The translations under genes were made by a program, and so were the position numbers. A stretch of DNA of 51,955 bases from the NCBI GenBank assembly GCA_946185495.1, contig CAMHJT010000001.1, positions 1 through 51,955 of the forward strand, written 5' to 3'. Under the pieces are notes generated by a model that saw only the letters and a program-made list of their open reading frames with translations, was not told the DNA's origin and did no database searches. This document shows positions 17,535 through 26,493 of this stretch, in pieces; the first letter of the stretch is position 1, and each line of letters begins with the position of its first letter. This DNA comes from an uncultured Clostridiaceae bacterium. Its GTDB lineage: Bacteria; Bacillota; Clostridia; Lachnospirales; Lachnospiraceae.

Positions 17535-18374
17535 GTGGGAGCTTCAGATGGGCAAAAGGACGCGCGCGCTGTGGTGATTGATGTCAGGGATCTTTACAAG
17601 ATCTATGAGGTGGGCACAACCAGGGTCAGGGCGCTTAACGGCGTGACTTTTCAGGTGTATGAGGGTGAGTTCTGCGCCATCGTGGGCACCTCGGGATCGG
17701 GCAAATCAACCCTGCTCAATATGCTGGCCGGGCTTGAAAAGCCTACCAAGGGCGAGATCCTGATCGCGGGACAGCATATTGAGAAGATGAACGAGAATAA
17801 GCTGGTTCGCTTTCGGCAGAAGAATGTGGGATTTATCTTTCAGTCCTTTAATCTGCTTGGCACGATGAATGCGCTGGAAAACGTGGCGCTGCCGCTTTCC
17901 TTTCGGGGCATTCCGAAGGCGGTGAGGCTTAAGCGGGCAGCGAAGATGCTGAAGCTGGTGGGTCTGGAGAAGCACGCCTTGCACAAGCCGAATCAGATGT
18001 CCGGCGGACAGCAGCAGAGAGTCGGCATGGCCAGGGCGCTTGTAGTGAATCCTAAGATCATGTTTGCGGATGAGCCGACCGGTAATCTGGATTCCAGAAC
18101 CTCGAAGGAAATGATGACGCTGATGCGCCGTATTGTCAACGAGCATAAGAAGACGCTGGTCATGGTGACGCACGATGACAGTCTGGCGGCGATCGCGGAC
18201 AGGGTGATCCGGATCGTGGATGGAAGGATTGTGCGGATCGAGGACAGGACAAGCGGTACTGTGCTGGAATTTCATCAGAAAAAAAAGACTCCTGTCAAAC
18301 AGGAAAATACGCGGCATCCGGCCGGAGAAGGCCGGACAGATACTGGCGTTTTTATAGGAGGATCACAAAAATGA
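17535..18374 (+). CDS. ABC transporter ATP-binding protein (MacB/LolD-like)
   Basis: It has Walker A GTSGSGKST, the signature MSGGQQQRV and Walker B MFADEPT. The GTG start is 8 nt after GGAGG. Confidence 0.92.
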   Translation: MGASDGQKDARAVVIDVRDLYKIYEVGTTRVRALNGVTFQVYEGEFCAIVGTSGSGKSTLLNMLAGLEKPTKGEILIAGQHIEKMNENKLVRFRQKNVGFIFQSFNLLGTMNALENVALPLSFRGIPKAVRLKRAAKMLKLVGLEKHALHKPNQMSGGQQQRVGMARALVVNPKIMFADEPTGNLDSRTSKEMMTLMRRIVNEHKKTLVMVTHDDSLAAIADRVIRIVDGRIVRIEDRTSGTVLEFHQKKKTPVKQENTRHPAGEGRTDTGVFIGGSQK

Positions 18375-20050
18375 AGATATGTAGGAGCAGGAAGACTTTG
18401 ATCACGAAGCTGATGGCGGCGGCTCTTTGCGCGTCTCTGCTGTTGCCGGCAGGCATGCCGGTTATGGCCGCACAGGCGGACACGACCGCGCAGGCCCAGA
18501 CGACGGAGCAGCCGACAGAGGCTAAGACGGAGGCTAAGACAGAGGCTGCGACGACGGAGGAAAAAGCTACGGAGTCTTCCGATGACAGCTCAGAGGTCAA
18601 CGGAAAGCTGGGTAAGAACACAGATGTCGGAATTGAGATGGCCAAGTCGGTTACCAGCCAGCCGGGCAAGAAAACCAAGCTGTCCTTCACCCTTAAATCA
18701 CTGGACAAGAAAAAAGTAAAGATCAAGAGCGTGTATCCGGTGATTGATGCTTCGTTTCCGTTTGAGACCAGCGGGGATGCCTACAAGGTTGTGAAGGCGG
18801 GCGCTAAGGAGGCCAAGAAGCAGCTGTCCCTTCCGGCTGTGTACAACATGACGGCCAGGTCGGATGTGATGTCCGGCTACCAGAGCGTGAAGTTTATCTG
18901 TGAGTACACGAAGACGGATGAAGACGGCAATGCTGCCAGTTATTATATTCTGAAGACTATCAATGTGTATTTTGAGGAGGATGTAACGGAGGAGCCTGAT
19001 GATGAGAAGGATGACGGCTATCCAGAGCCTGATCGTGAGGAGGACACCGAGGAGGCTGTCGCCCCGAAGCTGATCCTGACCGGCATGGAGACGGATCCGG
19101 CGAGGATCATGGCAGGCACCAGCTTCAAGCTGAAGGTGCATATCCAGAACACATCCAAGACGACGCCGGTGTGCAACGGCAAGTTTCTGATCGGGAATGA
19201 GGCGGGTACGTTCCTGCCCACCAACGGTTCGAGCGCTGTCTATGTGGAGAAGATTCCCGCAGGCGAGACAGCGGATCTCGATATTGAACTCAAAACCTCG
19301 GCGGATCTGCCGCAGAAGAATTATATCATCGTTGTAAAAGGTGACTTTGACGACGGCAGGGGCAATAATTTTACGTCCAGCGACAATTTATCCATTTCTG
19401 TCTATCAGGAGGTAAAGCTTGGCGTGTCGGACATCTCTTTAAGCCCGGAATCCCTGGGGATCGGTTCAAACGGCAGCCTGATGTTCACTGTCAACAATCA
19501 GGGGAGCGCGGGAGCGTTTAATGTCAGGGCTTCCGTTAAGGACGAGGCTGTGACGGGAGACGAATGCTTTGTCGGCAATATCGCGGCCAATGCCTCCGCG
19601 TTCGCGACCATCAATCTGAAGGGCGTGAAAGACAATTCCGAGACTGGCATGATCACGGTGGTAATCTCCTATGAGGATTCTGAAGGCAAGGCCGGCAAGC
19701 TTGAGCAGAAGATGGCCTGCCCGGTAGGAAAGGACTTTGTCCCGGAGGAGGAAGACCTGGACTGGGAGGAGGACGATGATTTTTATGAGGATGAAGAGGA
19801 TGGCCTGCCATGGTGGGTTTATGCGCTGATCGCCCTGGCTGTGGTGATCGTCCTTGTCATTATTATCGTGCTGGTGAAGAAACGTAAGAAAAAACACCTG
19901 CAGGAGCTGCTTGCGGAGGATGATGAGCTGGATGGCGACTCCCTGATGGACGAGGAGGACGAGGAGGAAGTGACGATGGAGGATTCCGGAGAGCCGGAAG
20001 CCGACGAGCCTGCGAACAAGGACGGAGAGGAGCAGAATGAAGATAGCTGA
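18371..20050 (+). CDS. signal-peptide surface protein with three beta-sandwich-like modules, a C-terminal TM anchor and an acidic tail
   Basis: The N-terminal signal is LLLPAGMPVMAAQA, followed by a TEAK repeat. Three ~110-aa modules resemble CARDB/COG1361-type domains by eye. The TM segment is WWVYALIALAVVIVLVIIIVLV followed by KKRKKK. Poly-D/E tracts are present. Start and stop overlap both neighbouring genes. Confidence 0.8.
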   Translation: MKICRSRKTLITKLMAAALCASLLLPAGMPVMAAQADTTAQAQTTEQPTEAKTEAKTEAATTEEKATESSDDSSEVNGKLGKNTDVGIEMAKSVTSQPGKKTKLSFTLKSLDKKKVKIKSVYPVIDASFPFETSGDAYKVVKAGAKEAKKQLSLPAVYNMTARSDVMSGYQSVKFICEYTKTDEDGNAASYYILKTINVYFEEDVTEEPDDEKDDGYPEPDREEDTEEAVAPKLILTGMETDPARIMAGTSFKLKVHIQNTSKTTPVCNGKFLIGNEAGTFLPTNGSSAVYVEKIPAGETADLDIELKTSADLPQKNYIIVVKGDFDDGRGNNFTSSDNLSISVYQEVKLGVSDISLSPESLGIGSNGSLMFTVNNQGSAGAFNVRASVKDEAVTGDECFVGNIAANASAFATINLKGVKDNSETGMITVVISYEDSEGKAGKLEQKMACPVGKDFVPEEEDLDWEEDDDFYEDEEDGLPWWVYALIALAVVIVLVIIIVLVKKRKKKHLQELLAEDDELDGDSLMDEEDEEEVTMEDSGEPEADEPANKDGEEQNEDS

Positions 20051-21506
20051 TATTCTCGGCATGAGCCTTACAAATCTCTGGCGGCGCAAGATGCGTACAC
20101 TGCTGACAGTGCTGGGCGTCATTATCGGCACCGCTTCGATTGTGGTGATGCTGTCGCTGGGAATCGGCCTGCGACAGTCAGTGATGGATCAGGCTAGCCA
20201 GGCGGGCGGCCTGACCGAGATCATGGTCTATTCGGATATGGACGACGGCTCCCAGGAGGAAAAGCTGCTGGGAGATGATACGGTGGAGCTGTTTTCCGGC
20301 CTCGAGCATGTGGAGAGCGTGTATCCGTTTATCATGTATTCGCTGCCGGTGCAGGCAGGAAAATATGAGGGTACCTTTGAGGTATACGGCGTGACCAGGG
20401 AGTATCTGAAAAAGATTCCGCTGGAGACGGGAAAGCATCCGAAGACAGACAAGGCTACCCTGAGCCTGATCATAGGCAATCAGGTGAGGGGAGATTTTTG
20501 GGAGGTCAAATCAGGAGACTATCCGGATGAACTGCCCGATCTTGATTTTATGACGGTTCCTCTGATCGGAGGGATCGAGATAGAGGAGATTGCCCAGGAG
20601 GAGACATCGGAGGAGGAAGAGGGCGAGGAATACTTTGACAGTGATTTCAGCGAAAGCGAGCCGGATTTCGACAGCGATGACGAGCCGGATGCTGAGGAAC
20701 AGCCGGTGACGGAGGAGGTCACTGAGGAAAGCTGGGAGGAAATGTCTTTCAGCTCATTTACGGAGGATATGCAGAGGGTACGGCTGAAGGCGACCGGGAT
20801 CATCGAGGGTACCGAGGATGATTATTCCGAGTATTCGTATTACTGTTATACAGATCTGGATTCTCTGAAAGCGTTTTTGAAGAGATACTATCCGGGCAAT
20901 GTCACGATTCCCGGACAGCCGACTGACCGGAGCGGCAAGCGGTTCCGGGATCTGAAATATACATCCATCACTGTGAATGTGGACAACTCCTCCAACGTGG
21001 AGGACGTGCTTTCAACTATACAGCAGATGGGGTATCGGGCGGATGCCAACAAGGAGTGGCTGGAGGAGCTTGAGAAGGAGTACCTGATCATCGAGGCGGT
21101 GCTCGGCGGAATTGGAGCAGTTGCCATGCTGGTGGCTGCCATCAGTATTGCCAATACAATGACGATGTCTACCTATGAGCGCACCAAGGAAATCGGCGTG
21201 ATGAAGGTGCTGGGCTGTACCCTGGGCAATATCCGCACGATGTTTTTGGCGGAGGCCGCGTTTATCGGTTTTCTCGGAGGCGTTGCGGGAATCGGCTTAA
21301 GCTTTATCCTGTCGCAGGTCGCCAACGAGGTGATTGCGCCTGCGGTCATGGCTGATTTTGATCTGGGCGCCCGCATTTCCGTGATTCCGTTCTGGCTGGT
21401 GCTTGCGGCGATAGCCTTTTCCACGCTGATCGGCATGCTGGCAGGATTTTTCCCTGCACAGAGGGCGACCAGGTTAAGTCCCCTGGCGGCGATCCGCAAC
21501 GATTAA
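20037..21506 (+). CDS. ABC transporter permease, FtsX/MacB type
   Basis: It has TM1, a ~300-aa extracytoplasmic domain and 3 C-terminal TM segments (FtsX-like, ending FPAQRATRLSPLAAIR). The extracytoplasmic domain contains a ~50-aa poly-acidic insert. Confidence 0.9.
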   Translation: MKIADILGMSLTNLWRRKMRTLLTVLGVIIGTASIVVMLSLGIGLRQSVMDQASQAGGLTEIMVYSDMDDGSQEEKLLGDDTVELFSGLEHVESVYPFIMYSLPVQAGKYEGTFEVYGVTREYLKKIPLETGKHPKTDKATLSLIIGNQVRGDFWEVKSGDYPDELPDLDFMTVPLIGGIEIEEIAQEETSEEEEGEEYFDSDFSESEPDFDSDDEPDAEEQPVTEEVTEESWEEMSFSSFTEDMQRVRLKATGIIEGTEDDYSEYSYYCYTDLDSLKAFLKRYYPGNVTIPGQPTDRSGKRFRDLKYTSITVNVDNSSNVEDVLSTIQQMGYRADANKEWLEELEKEYLIIEAVLGGIGAVAMLVAAISIANTMTMSTYERTKEIGVMKVLGCTLGNIRTMFLAEAAFIGFLGGVAGIGLSFILSQVANEVIAPAVMADFDLGARISVIPFWLVLAAIAFSTLIGMLAGFFPAQRATRLSPLAAIRND

Positions 21507-21556
21507 GGACGGATTGACCAGTGTGGTGAATATGAGGGACGGGGAAGTAAAAAGGG

Positions 21557-23464
21557 ATGGATTATAAAGCGGCTTTGAAAGAGATCAACAGAGTGCAGAA
21601 AAGGGGTAGCGTATTCGGACTGGAAACGATACGCGAACTGCTGAAAAGGCTTGGAAATCCTCAGGATCAGCTGAAGGTGATCCATGTGGCCGGGACCAAT
21701 GGAAAGGGAAGCATCTGCGCTTTTCTGGAGGCAATCTACAGGGCGGAGGGGCTTCGGGTGGGAAGGTATGTCTCACCGACGCTCTTTACATATCTGGAAC
21801 GGTTTCAGGTCAATGGAAGCTATATGCAGGAGGAAGAGTTTGCCGGCATTTTTACACAGGTGGAGGAAGCGGCACGGCAGATGGAACAGGAAGGACTTGC
21901 GCAGCCGACCGCCTTTGAGCTGGAGACTGCTGTGGCCTTCCTGTATTTTGTAAGGAAACAGGTGGACCTGGTGCTTCTGGAGACAGGGATGGGCGGGCGG
22001 CTGGACGCCACGAATGTTGTCGCACGTCCGCTGTGCACGGTATTTGCGTCAATCGGAAGGGATCACATGCAGGTGCTTGGAAATACCCTGGCGGATATTG
22101 CCAGGGAAAAGGCAGGGATCATGCGGGAGGGCTGTCCGGTAGTCACCTTTCCGGAGAGGCAGGAGGTGATGGATGTGCTGGCTGAGGAGGCGGCAGCGCA
22201 CCATGCGCCTTTTTGCGTTGTGGAGGAAGAGCAGCTCTCGGTCCTGTCGCAGTCGCTTGGAGAGACAAGGTTTTGCTATAAAGGCAGCCGGTATGTCATT
22301 CATCTGGCGGGCGCACATCAGGTGCGCAATGCGGCAGTGGCGATCCAGACAAAGCTGCTGCTTTCCGGCTCTGTAAGGACAGAGTCGCTTGCCGACGCGG
22401 TCTGGCCCGGCAGGTTTGAGGTGCTGTCGCGGGATCCGCTGCTGATCCGGGACGGCGCGCACAATCCGGACGGGGCGAAAGCCCTGCGGGATACGCTGCA
22501 GGCACAGGCTTCGGACAGGCATTTGGTTTTCGTGACAGGCGTGTTCAGGGACAAGGAATACGGGAGGATGATGGAGCTGCTCTGTCCCATGGCGGATCGG
22601 ATCTATACGGTAACGCCGCCGGGAGAGAGGGGGCTGGCGGCGGAAACGCTTGCGCAGTGCATCCGGCAGTTCAATCCCTGTGTTTGTGCCTGCGACGGGG
22701 TTGAGCAGGCGCTTGTATTTGCTGTCAGGGATGCGCGGCGGCTGGAGCAGGAAGGAAAAAAGACGGCGGTTGTTGCGTGGGGCTCCCTGTCGTGGATCGG
22801 CCGGATTGACGCGCAAAATGCGATATTGGATGCAGGCTGCGCATATAGGGAAAAAGACCAGGCGTCCGAAGGAAAAACGTCTGAGGAACAGGAGCCTGAC
22901 GAAGCGCAGGCTTTGGCAGATGGTGATACGGAACAGGGAACGGGCCTGCATCCGTATGCGGATCAGGAACCGGATGGCGGAAAGAGCCGGCTTGACAGGA
23001 TCTTGCAGCATCCGGAATATCTGCGGCAGATGAGGCGGATCGAGGAGGCTGAACGCGACCGGGTTTTCTGCCGCCATGGGCTAGCGCATGCACTGGATGT
23101 GGCGAGGATTATGTACATCATGGCACTGACATATAGCCTGGATTACGGGAAAGAGCTGATCTATGCCGCGGCTCTTTTACATGATATCGGGCGGGCGGAG
23201 GAATATGAGCGCCATCTGTCCCATCATGAGGAGGGAGCGCGGATTGCTGAAGGGATTCTGAAAGACTGTGGATTTGAGGCGGAACAGATCGAACGGATTA
23301 CCGGAGCAATCAGGCAGCACCGCGGCATTCCGGGCCGACAGTCCCTGGAATTTGCGGGATTGCTCTGCAAGGCGGATAAGCTTAGCAGAAATTGTTTTGC
23401 GTGCCGGGCCAGAAAGGAATGCAACTGGAAGCCCGAAAAGCAGAATGATGGTATTTGGATATAA
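21557..23464 (+). CDS. folC: folylpolyglutamate/dihydrofolate synthase (FolC) fused to a C-terminal HD-domain
   Basis: The Mur-ligase P-loop is HVAGTNGKGS, with DGAHNPDGA further on. An acidic linker spans about aa 425-495, then come HGLAHALD and LLHDIGR (HD signature) and a Cys-rich tail. Confidence 0.9.
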   Translation: MDYKAALKEINRVQKRGSVFGLETIRELLKRLGNPQDQLKVIHVAGTNGKGSICAFLEAIYRAEGLRVGRYVSPTLFTYLERFQVNGSYMQEEEFAGIFTQVEEAARQMEQEGLAQPTAFELETAVAFLYFVRKQVDLVLLETGMGGRLDATNVVARPLCTVFASIGRDHMQVLGNTLADIAREKAGIMREGCPVVTFPERQEVMDVLAEEAAAHHAPFCVVEEEQLSVLSQSLGETRFCYKGSRYVIHLAGAHQVRNAAVAIQTKLLLSGSVRTESLADAVWPGRFEVLSRDPLLIRDGAHNPDGAKALRDTLQAQASDRHLVFVTGVFRDKEYGRMMELLCPMADRIYTVTPPGERGLAAETLAQCIRQFNPCVCACDGVEQALVFAVRDARRLEQEGKKTAVVAWGSLSWIGRIDAQNAILDAGCAYREKDQASEGKTSEEQEPDEAQALADGDTEQGTGLHPYADQEPDGGKSRLDRILQHPEYLRQMRRIEEAERDRVFCRHGLAHALDVARIMYIMALTYSLDYGKELIYAAALLHDIGRAEEYERHLSHHEEGARIAEGILKDCGFEAEQIERITGAIRQHRGIPGRQSLEFAGLLCKADKLSRNCFACRARKECNWKPEKQNDGIWI

Positions 23465-23536
23465 CAGGCAGGGACCGGGCTTGCAAAGGGCGGTGTTTGC
23501 TCGAATAAAAAATGGAACCGTAAGGAGTGGGAAAAA

Positions 23537-24361
23537 ATGGTCATTGGCGGAAAGTTATTTGATCTGGACCGGAGATCTTATGTGATGGGGATATTAAATG
23601 TCACGCCGGATTCATTTTCAGACGGGGGAAGCTACACGGAGCTTGACGCCGCGCTGCGGCAGACGGAGCGCATGCTGGAGGAGGGCGCGGCGATTATCGA
23701 TATCGGCGGAGAATCGACCAGGCCGGGCTATGCGCAGATTTCCTGCGAGGAGGAGATGGACAGGGTGTGCCCGGTGATCCGCGCTGTGAAGGAACACTTT
23801 GACGTGCCGGTATCACTGGATACCTATAAGCCGGAGGTGGCTTTGGCCGGCATTCAGGCAGGGGTGGACATGATCAATGATATCTGGGGACTCAAGGAGG
23901 AGGGGGACATGGCCTCTGTCATTGAGAAGGCCGGGGTGTGCTGCTGCCTGATGCACAACCGTGCCAATACAGATTACAGTGATTTTGTGGCAGATGTGCT
24001 GTCTGACCTTAATGAGAGCGTGGAGATCGCGATGGCAGCGGGAATTGAAGCGGACAGGATCATTCTGGATCCGGGCATCGGATTTGCTAAAACCTATGAG
24101 CAGAACCTGCTTTTGTTAAACAGGCTCTCCCTTGTGTGCGGACTGGGATTTCCGGTTCTGCTGGGCACATCGAGAAAATCAGTGATCGGCAATGCGCTTT
24201 CCCTGCCTGTGACGGAGCGCGAGGAGGGAACGCTGGCTACCACTGTGATCGGCCGGATGGCGGGCTGTTCGATTTTCCGGGTGCATAATGTGAAGGCAAA
24301 CCGCAGGGCGCTGGATATGACGGACGCAGTCAGTGCGGCGCCTCGATCATTCTTTGAATGA
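23537..24361 (+). CDS. folP: dihydropteroate synthase (FolP)
   Basis: The blocks GILNVTPDSFSDGG, IIDIGGESTRPG, DPGIGFAK and LLGTSRKS are present. Confidence 0.93.
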   Translation: MVIGGKLFDLDRRSYVMGILNVTPDSFSDGGSYTELDAALRQTERMLEEGAAIIDIGGESTRPGYAQISCEEEMDRVCPVIRAVKEHFDVPVSLDTYKPEVALAGIQAGVDMINDIWGLKEEGDMASVIEKAGVCCCLMHNRANTDYSDFVADVLSDLNESVEIAMAAGIEADRIILDPGIGFAKTYEQNLLLLNRLSLVCGLGFPVLLGTSRKSVIGNALSLPVTEREEGTLATTVIGRMAGCSIFRVHNVKANRRALDMTDAVSAAPRSFFE

Positions 24362-24479
24362 TTCTTGATTTCCGGTGCATGGAACGTCAGCCGGGAAAAT
24401 ATTTATCGTGCAGGGAGCCGGACGGAGAGGGATATCGTTTCATAATGGCTTGCTGCTGTATTTTAGAGGGAGGGAGCAT

Positions 24480-25304
24480 ATGGATCAGATCAGGATCAGT
24501 AATCTGGAGGCCTTTGGATATCATGGGGTATTTGAGGAGGAAGCGCTGTTAGGACAGAAATTTCTGGTCAGCGTGGATCTGTATTTGGATACCAGGAGGG
24601 CAGGAAAGACGGATGACCTTCAGGAGTCACTGGACTATGGGGAGGTCTGCCAGATGATCAAAAAGATCGTGGAGACAGAGCGGTACCGCCTGATCGAGCG
24701 GCTGGCGGAGCAGATTGCCGGGAAGCTGCTGCTTTCCTTTGAACGCCTGCGAAGTGTTCAGGTCACGGTAAAGAAGCCCTGGGCACCGGTCCTGATCTCG
24801 ATGGAGGCTGTCTCGGTCACGATCAAGCGGGGATGGCATCAGGTGTTTCTTTCCATCGGTTCCAATATGGGTGACCGGGAGGGGTATCTGGATTTTGCTG
24901 TGGACCAATTGAACGCCCTGCGGGATACCAGGGTGATCGCGGTTTCAGATTACATAGAGACGGAGCCCTACGGACCTGTGGAGCAGGATATGTTTTTAAA
25001 TGGTGCGCTGGAGATTGAGACGCTGATGACGCCACATGAGCTTTTGGAGACGGCGATGCAGATAGAGAAGGAAGCCCACCGGGAACGGCTGGTGCATTGG
25101 GGTCCGAGGACGCTGGATATCGATATCCTGTTTTATGATGATCTGGTAATGGCTGAGAAGAAGCTGACGATACCGCATCCGGAGATTCAGAAAAGGGAGT
25201 TTGTGTTAAAGCCGCTGGCTTCCATCGCCCCGTATTATATACACCCGGTGTATCAAAGAACTGTGGCGGGGCTGTTGGAAAAGCTGCAGGAGCGGGAGTT
25301 TTGA
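24480..25304 (+). CDS. bifunctional dihydroneopterin aldolase / 6-hydroxymethyl-dihydropterin pyrophosphokinase (FolB-FolK)
   Basis: The N-terminal half (GYHGVFEEE..GQKF) is FolB-like. The C-terminal half (LSIGSNMGDR...WGPRTLDIDIL...IPHP) is HPPK-like. The ATG at 24480 follows GAGGGAGGGAG. Confidence 0.9.
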   Translation: MDQIRISNLEAFGYHGVFEEEALLGQKFLVSVDLYLDTRRAGKTDDLQESLDYGEVCQMIKKIVETERYRLIERLAEQIAGKLLLSFERLRSVQVTVKKPWAPVLISMEAVSVTIKRGWHQVFLSIGSNMGDREGYLDFAVDQLNALRDTRVIAVSDYIETEPYGPVEQDMFLNGALEIETLMTPHELLETAMQIEKEAHRERLVHWGPRTLDIDILFYDDLVMAEKKLTIPHPEIQKREFVLKPLASIAPYYIHPVYQRTVAGLLEKLQEREF

Positions 25305-25331
25305 GTGGAACCGCACGGGAGGGCGCACAAC

Positions 25332-26477
25332 ATGGTACAGGATTTGAGTGTGACGCGCAGCCGGATCGATGAGGTGGACCGGCAGATTGTCGCGTTATTT
25401 GAAAAGAGAATGGAGCTGGCGCTGGACGTGGCCAGATACAAGGAGGAGGTTGGAAAGCCTGTTTATGACCGGGTGAGGGAGCAGGAGAAGCTGGAGACGC
25501 TGTCTGCCCTTGCACACACGCAGGATAATGCGACAGGCGTCAGGGAGCTGTTTTCCCAGATCATGGCGATTTCCAGGAGATACCAGTACAGCGTGCTGGG
25601 CGAAAAGGGAGGGCCGCTTGCACAGATGCCGCAGGAGGTGGAGCGGCTGCCGTTTTCGGAGGATACGGTGGCGGTTTATGCCGGCGTTCCCGGCGCGTTT
25701 GCGGAGGAGGCGCTCGCCGCATATTTTGGAGGCATGGTACAGGCACGTCCGGTGAAGGATTTTGCCGAAGCGGCGGAGCTGGTTGCGGGCGGTGGGGCGG
25801 ATTACGCGGTGCTGCCGCTGGAAAACTCTTCGGCTGGCTTTGTAAACGGGATCTATGACCTTCTCGCGGGGCACGGGCTTACGATTGTCGGAGAACAGCT
25901 TTTGCGCGTGGACCAGTGCCTTCTGGGGCTGCCGGGCACGGAGTTATCCATGGTGCGCACGGTGTATTCCCATCCGCAGGGGCTCATGCAGGCAAAGGAA
26001 TATCTGGAGGACAAGGGCTTTAGACAGGTGGGGATGTCGAACACAGCGCTTGCGGCCAGAAAGGTATGCGAGGACGGGGATCCGTCCCAGGCGGCCATTG
26101 CAAGCGCGCGTGCGGCCCGTCTGTATGGCCTGGAGATTTTAAACCCCAGGCTGAATGTGTCCGATCGCAATACCACCCGTTTTGTCATCGTGTCGGGCAG
26201 GCATATCTATGAACGGGCGGCAAACCGTGTCAGCATTTCCTTTTCTATTCCGCATGCATGCGGAACGCTCTACAATGTGATGTCCCATTTTATTTATAAC
26301 GGCATCAATTTAACGAGCATAGAATCGGTCCCGCTGTCCGGAAAACAGTGGGAATACAGCTTTTTTGTGGAACTGGAGGGCAATCCGGGTGACAGCGGGG
26401 TGAAAAATGCCATGAAGGGGATCATGGCGGAGACGGAGGAGTTCCGGATATTGGGATGTTTTGTTTCAAAACAGTGA
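25332..26477 (+). CDS. pheA: bifunctional chorismate mutase / prephenate dehydratase
   Basis: The N-terminal AroQ-type CM region reads RSRIDEVDRQIVALFEKRMEL. It is followed by a PDT domain (TRF..) and a C-terminal ACT-like region (ESVPL..WEYSFFVE). Confidence 0.9.
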   Translation: MVQDLSVTRSRIDEVDRQIVALFEKRMELALDVARYKEEVGKPVYDRVREQEKLETLSALAHTQDNATGVRELFSQIMAISRRYQYSVLGEKGGPLAQMPQEVERLPFSEDTVAVYAGVPGAFAEEALAAYFGGMVQARPVKDFAEAAELVAGGGADYAVLPLENSSAGFVNGIYDLLAGHGLTIVGEQLLRVDQCLLGLPGTELSMVRTVYSHPQGLMQAKEYLEDKGFRQVGMSNTALAARKVCEDGDPSQAAIASARAARLYGLEILNPRLNVSDRNTTRFVIVSGRHIYERAANRVSISFSIPHACGTLYNVMSHFIYNGINLTSIESVPLSGKQWEYSFFVELEGNPGDSGVKNAMKGIMAETEEFRILGCFVSKQ

Positions 26478-26493
26478 CAGGAGGGGTTATCAT

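Noticed and set aside
18518-18553. A 12-nt tandem repeat (GAGGCTAAGACG x ~2.5) that might look like a micro-array.
   Set aside because: It lies in-frame inside the surface-protein gene, encoding TEAKTEAKTEA. There are no spacers and it is not CRISPR-like. It is a coding low-complexity repeat.
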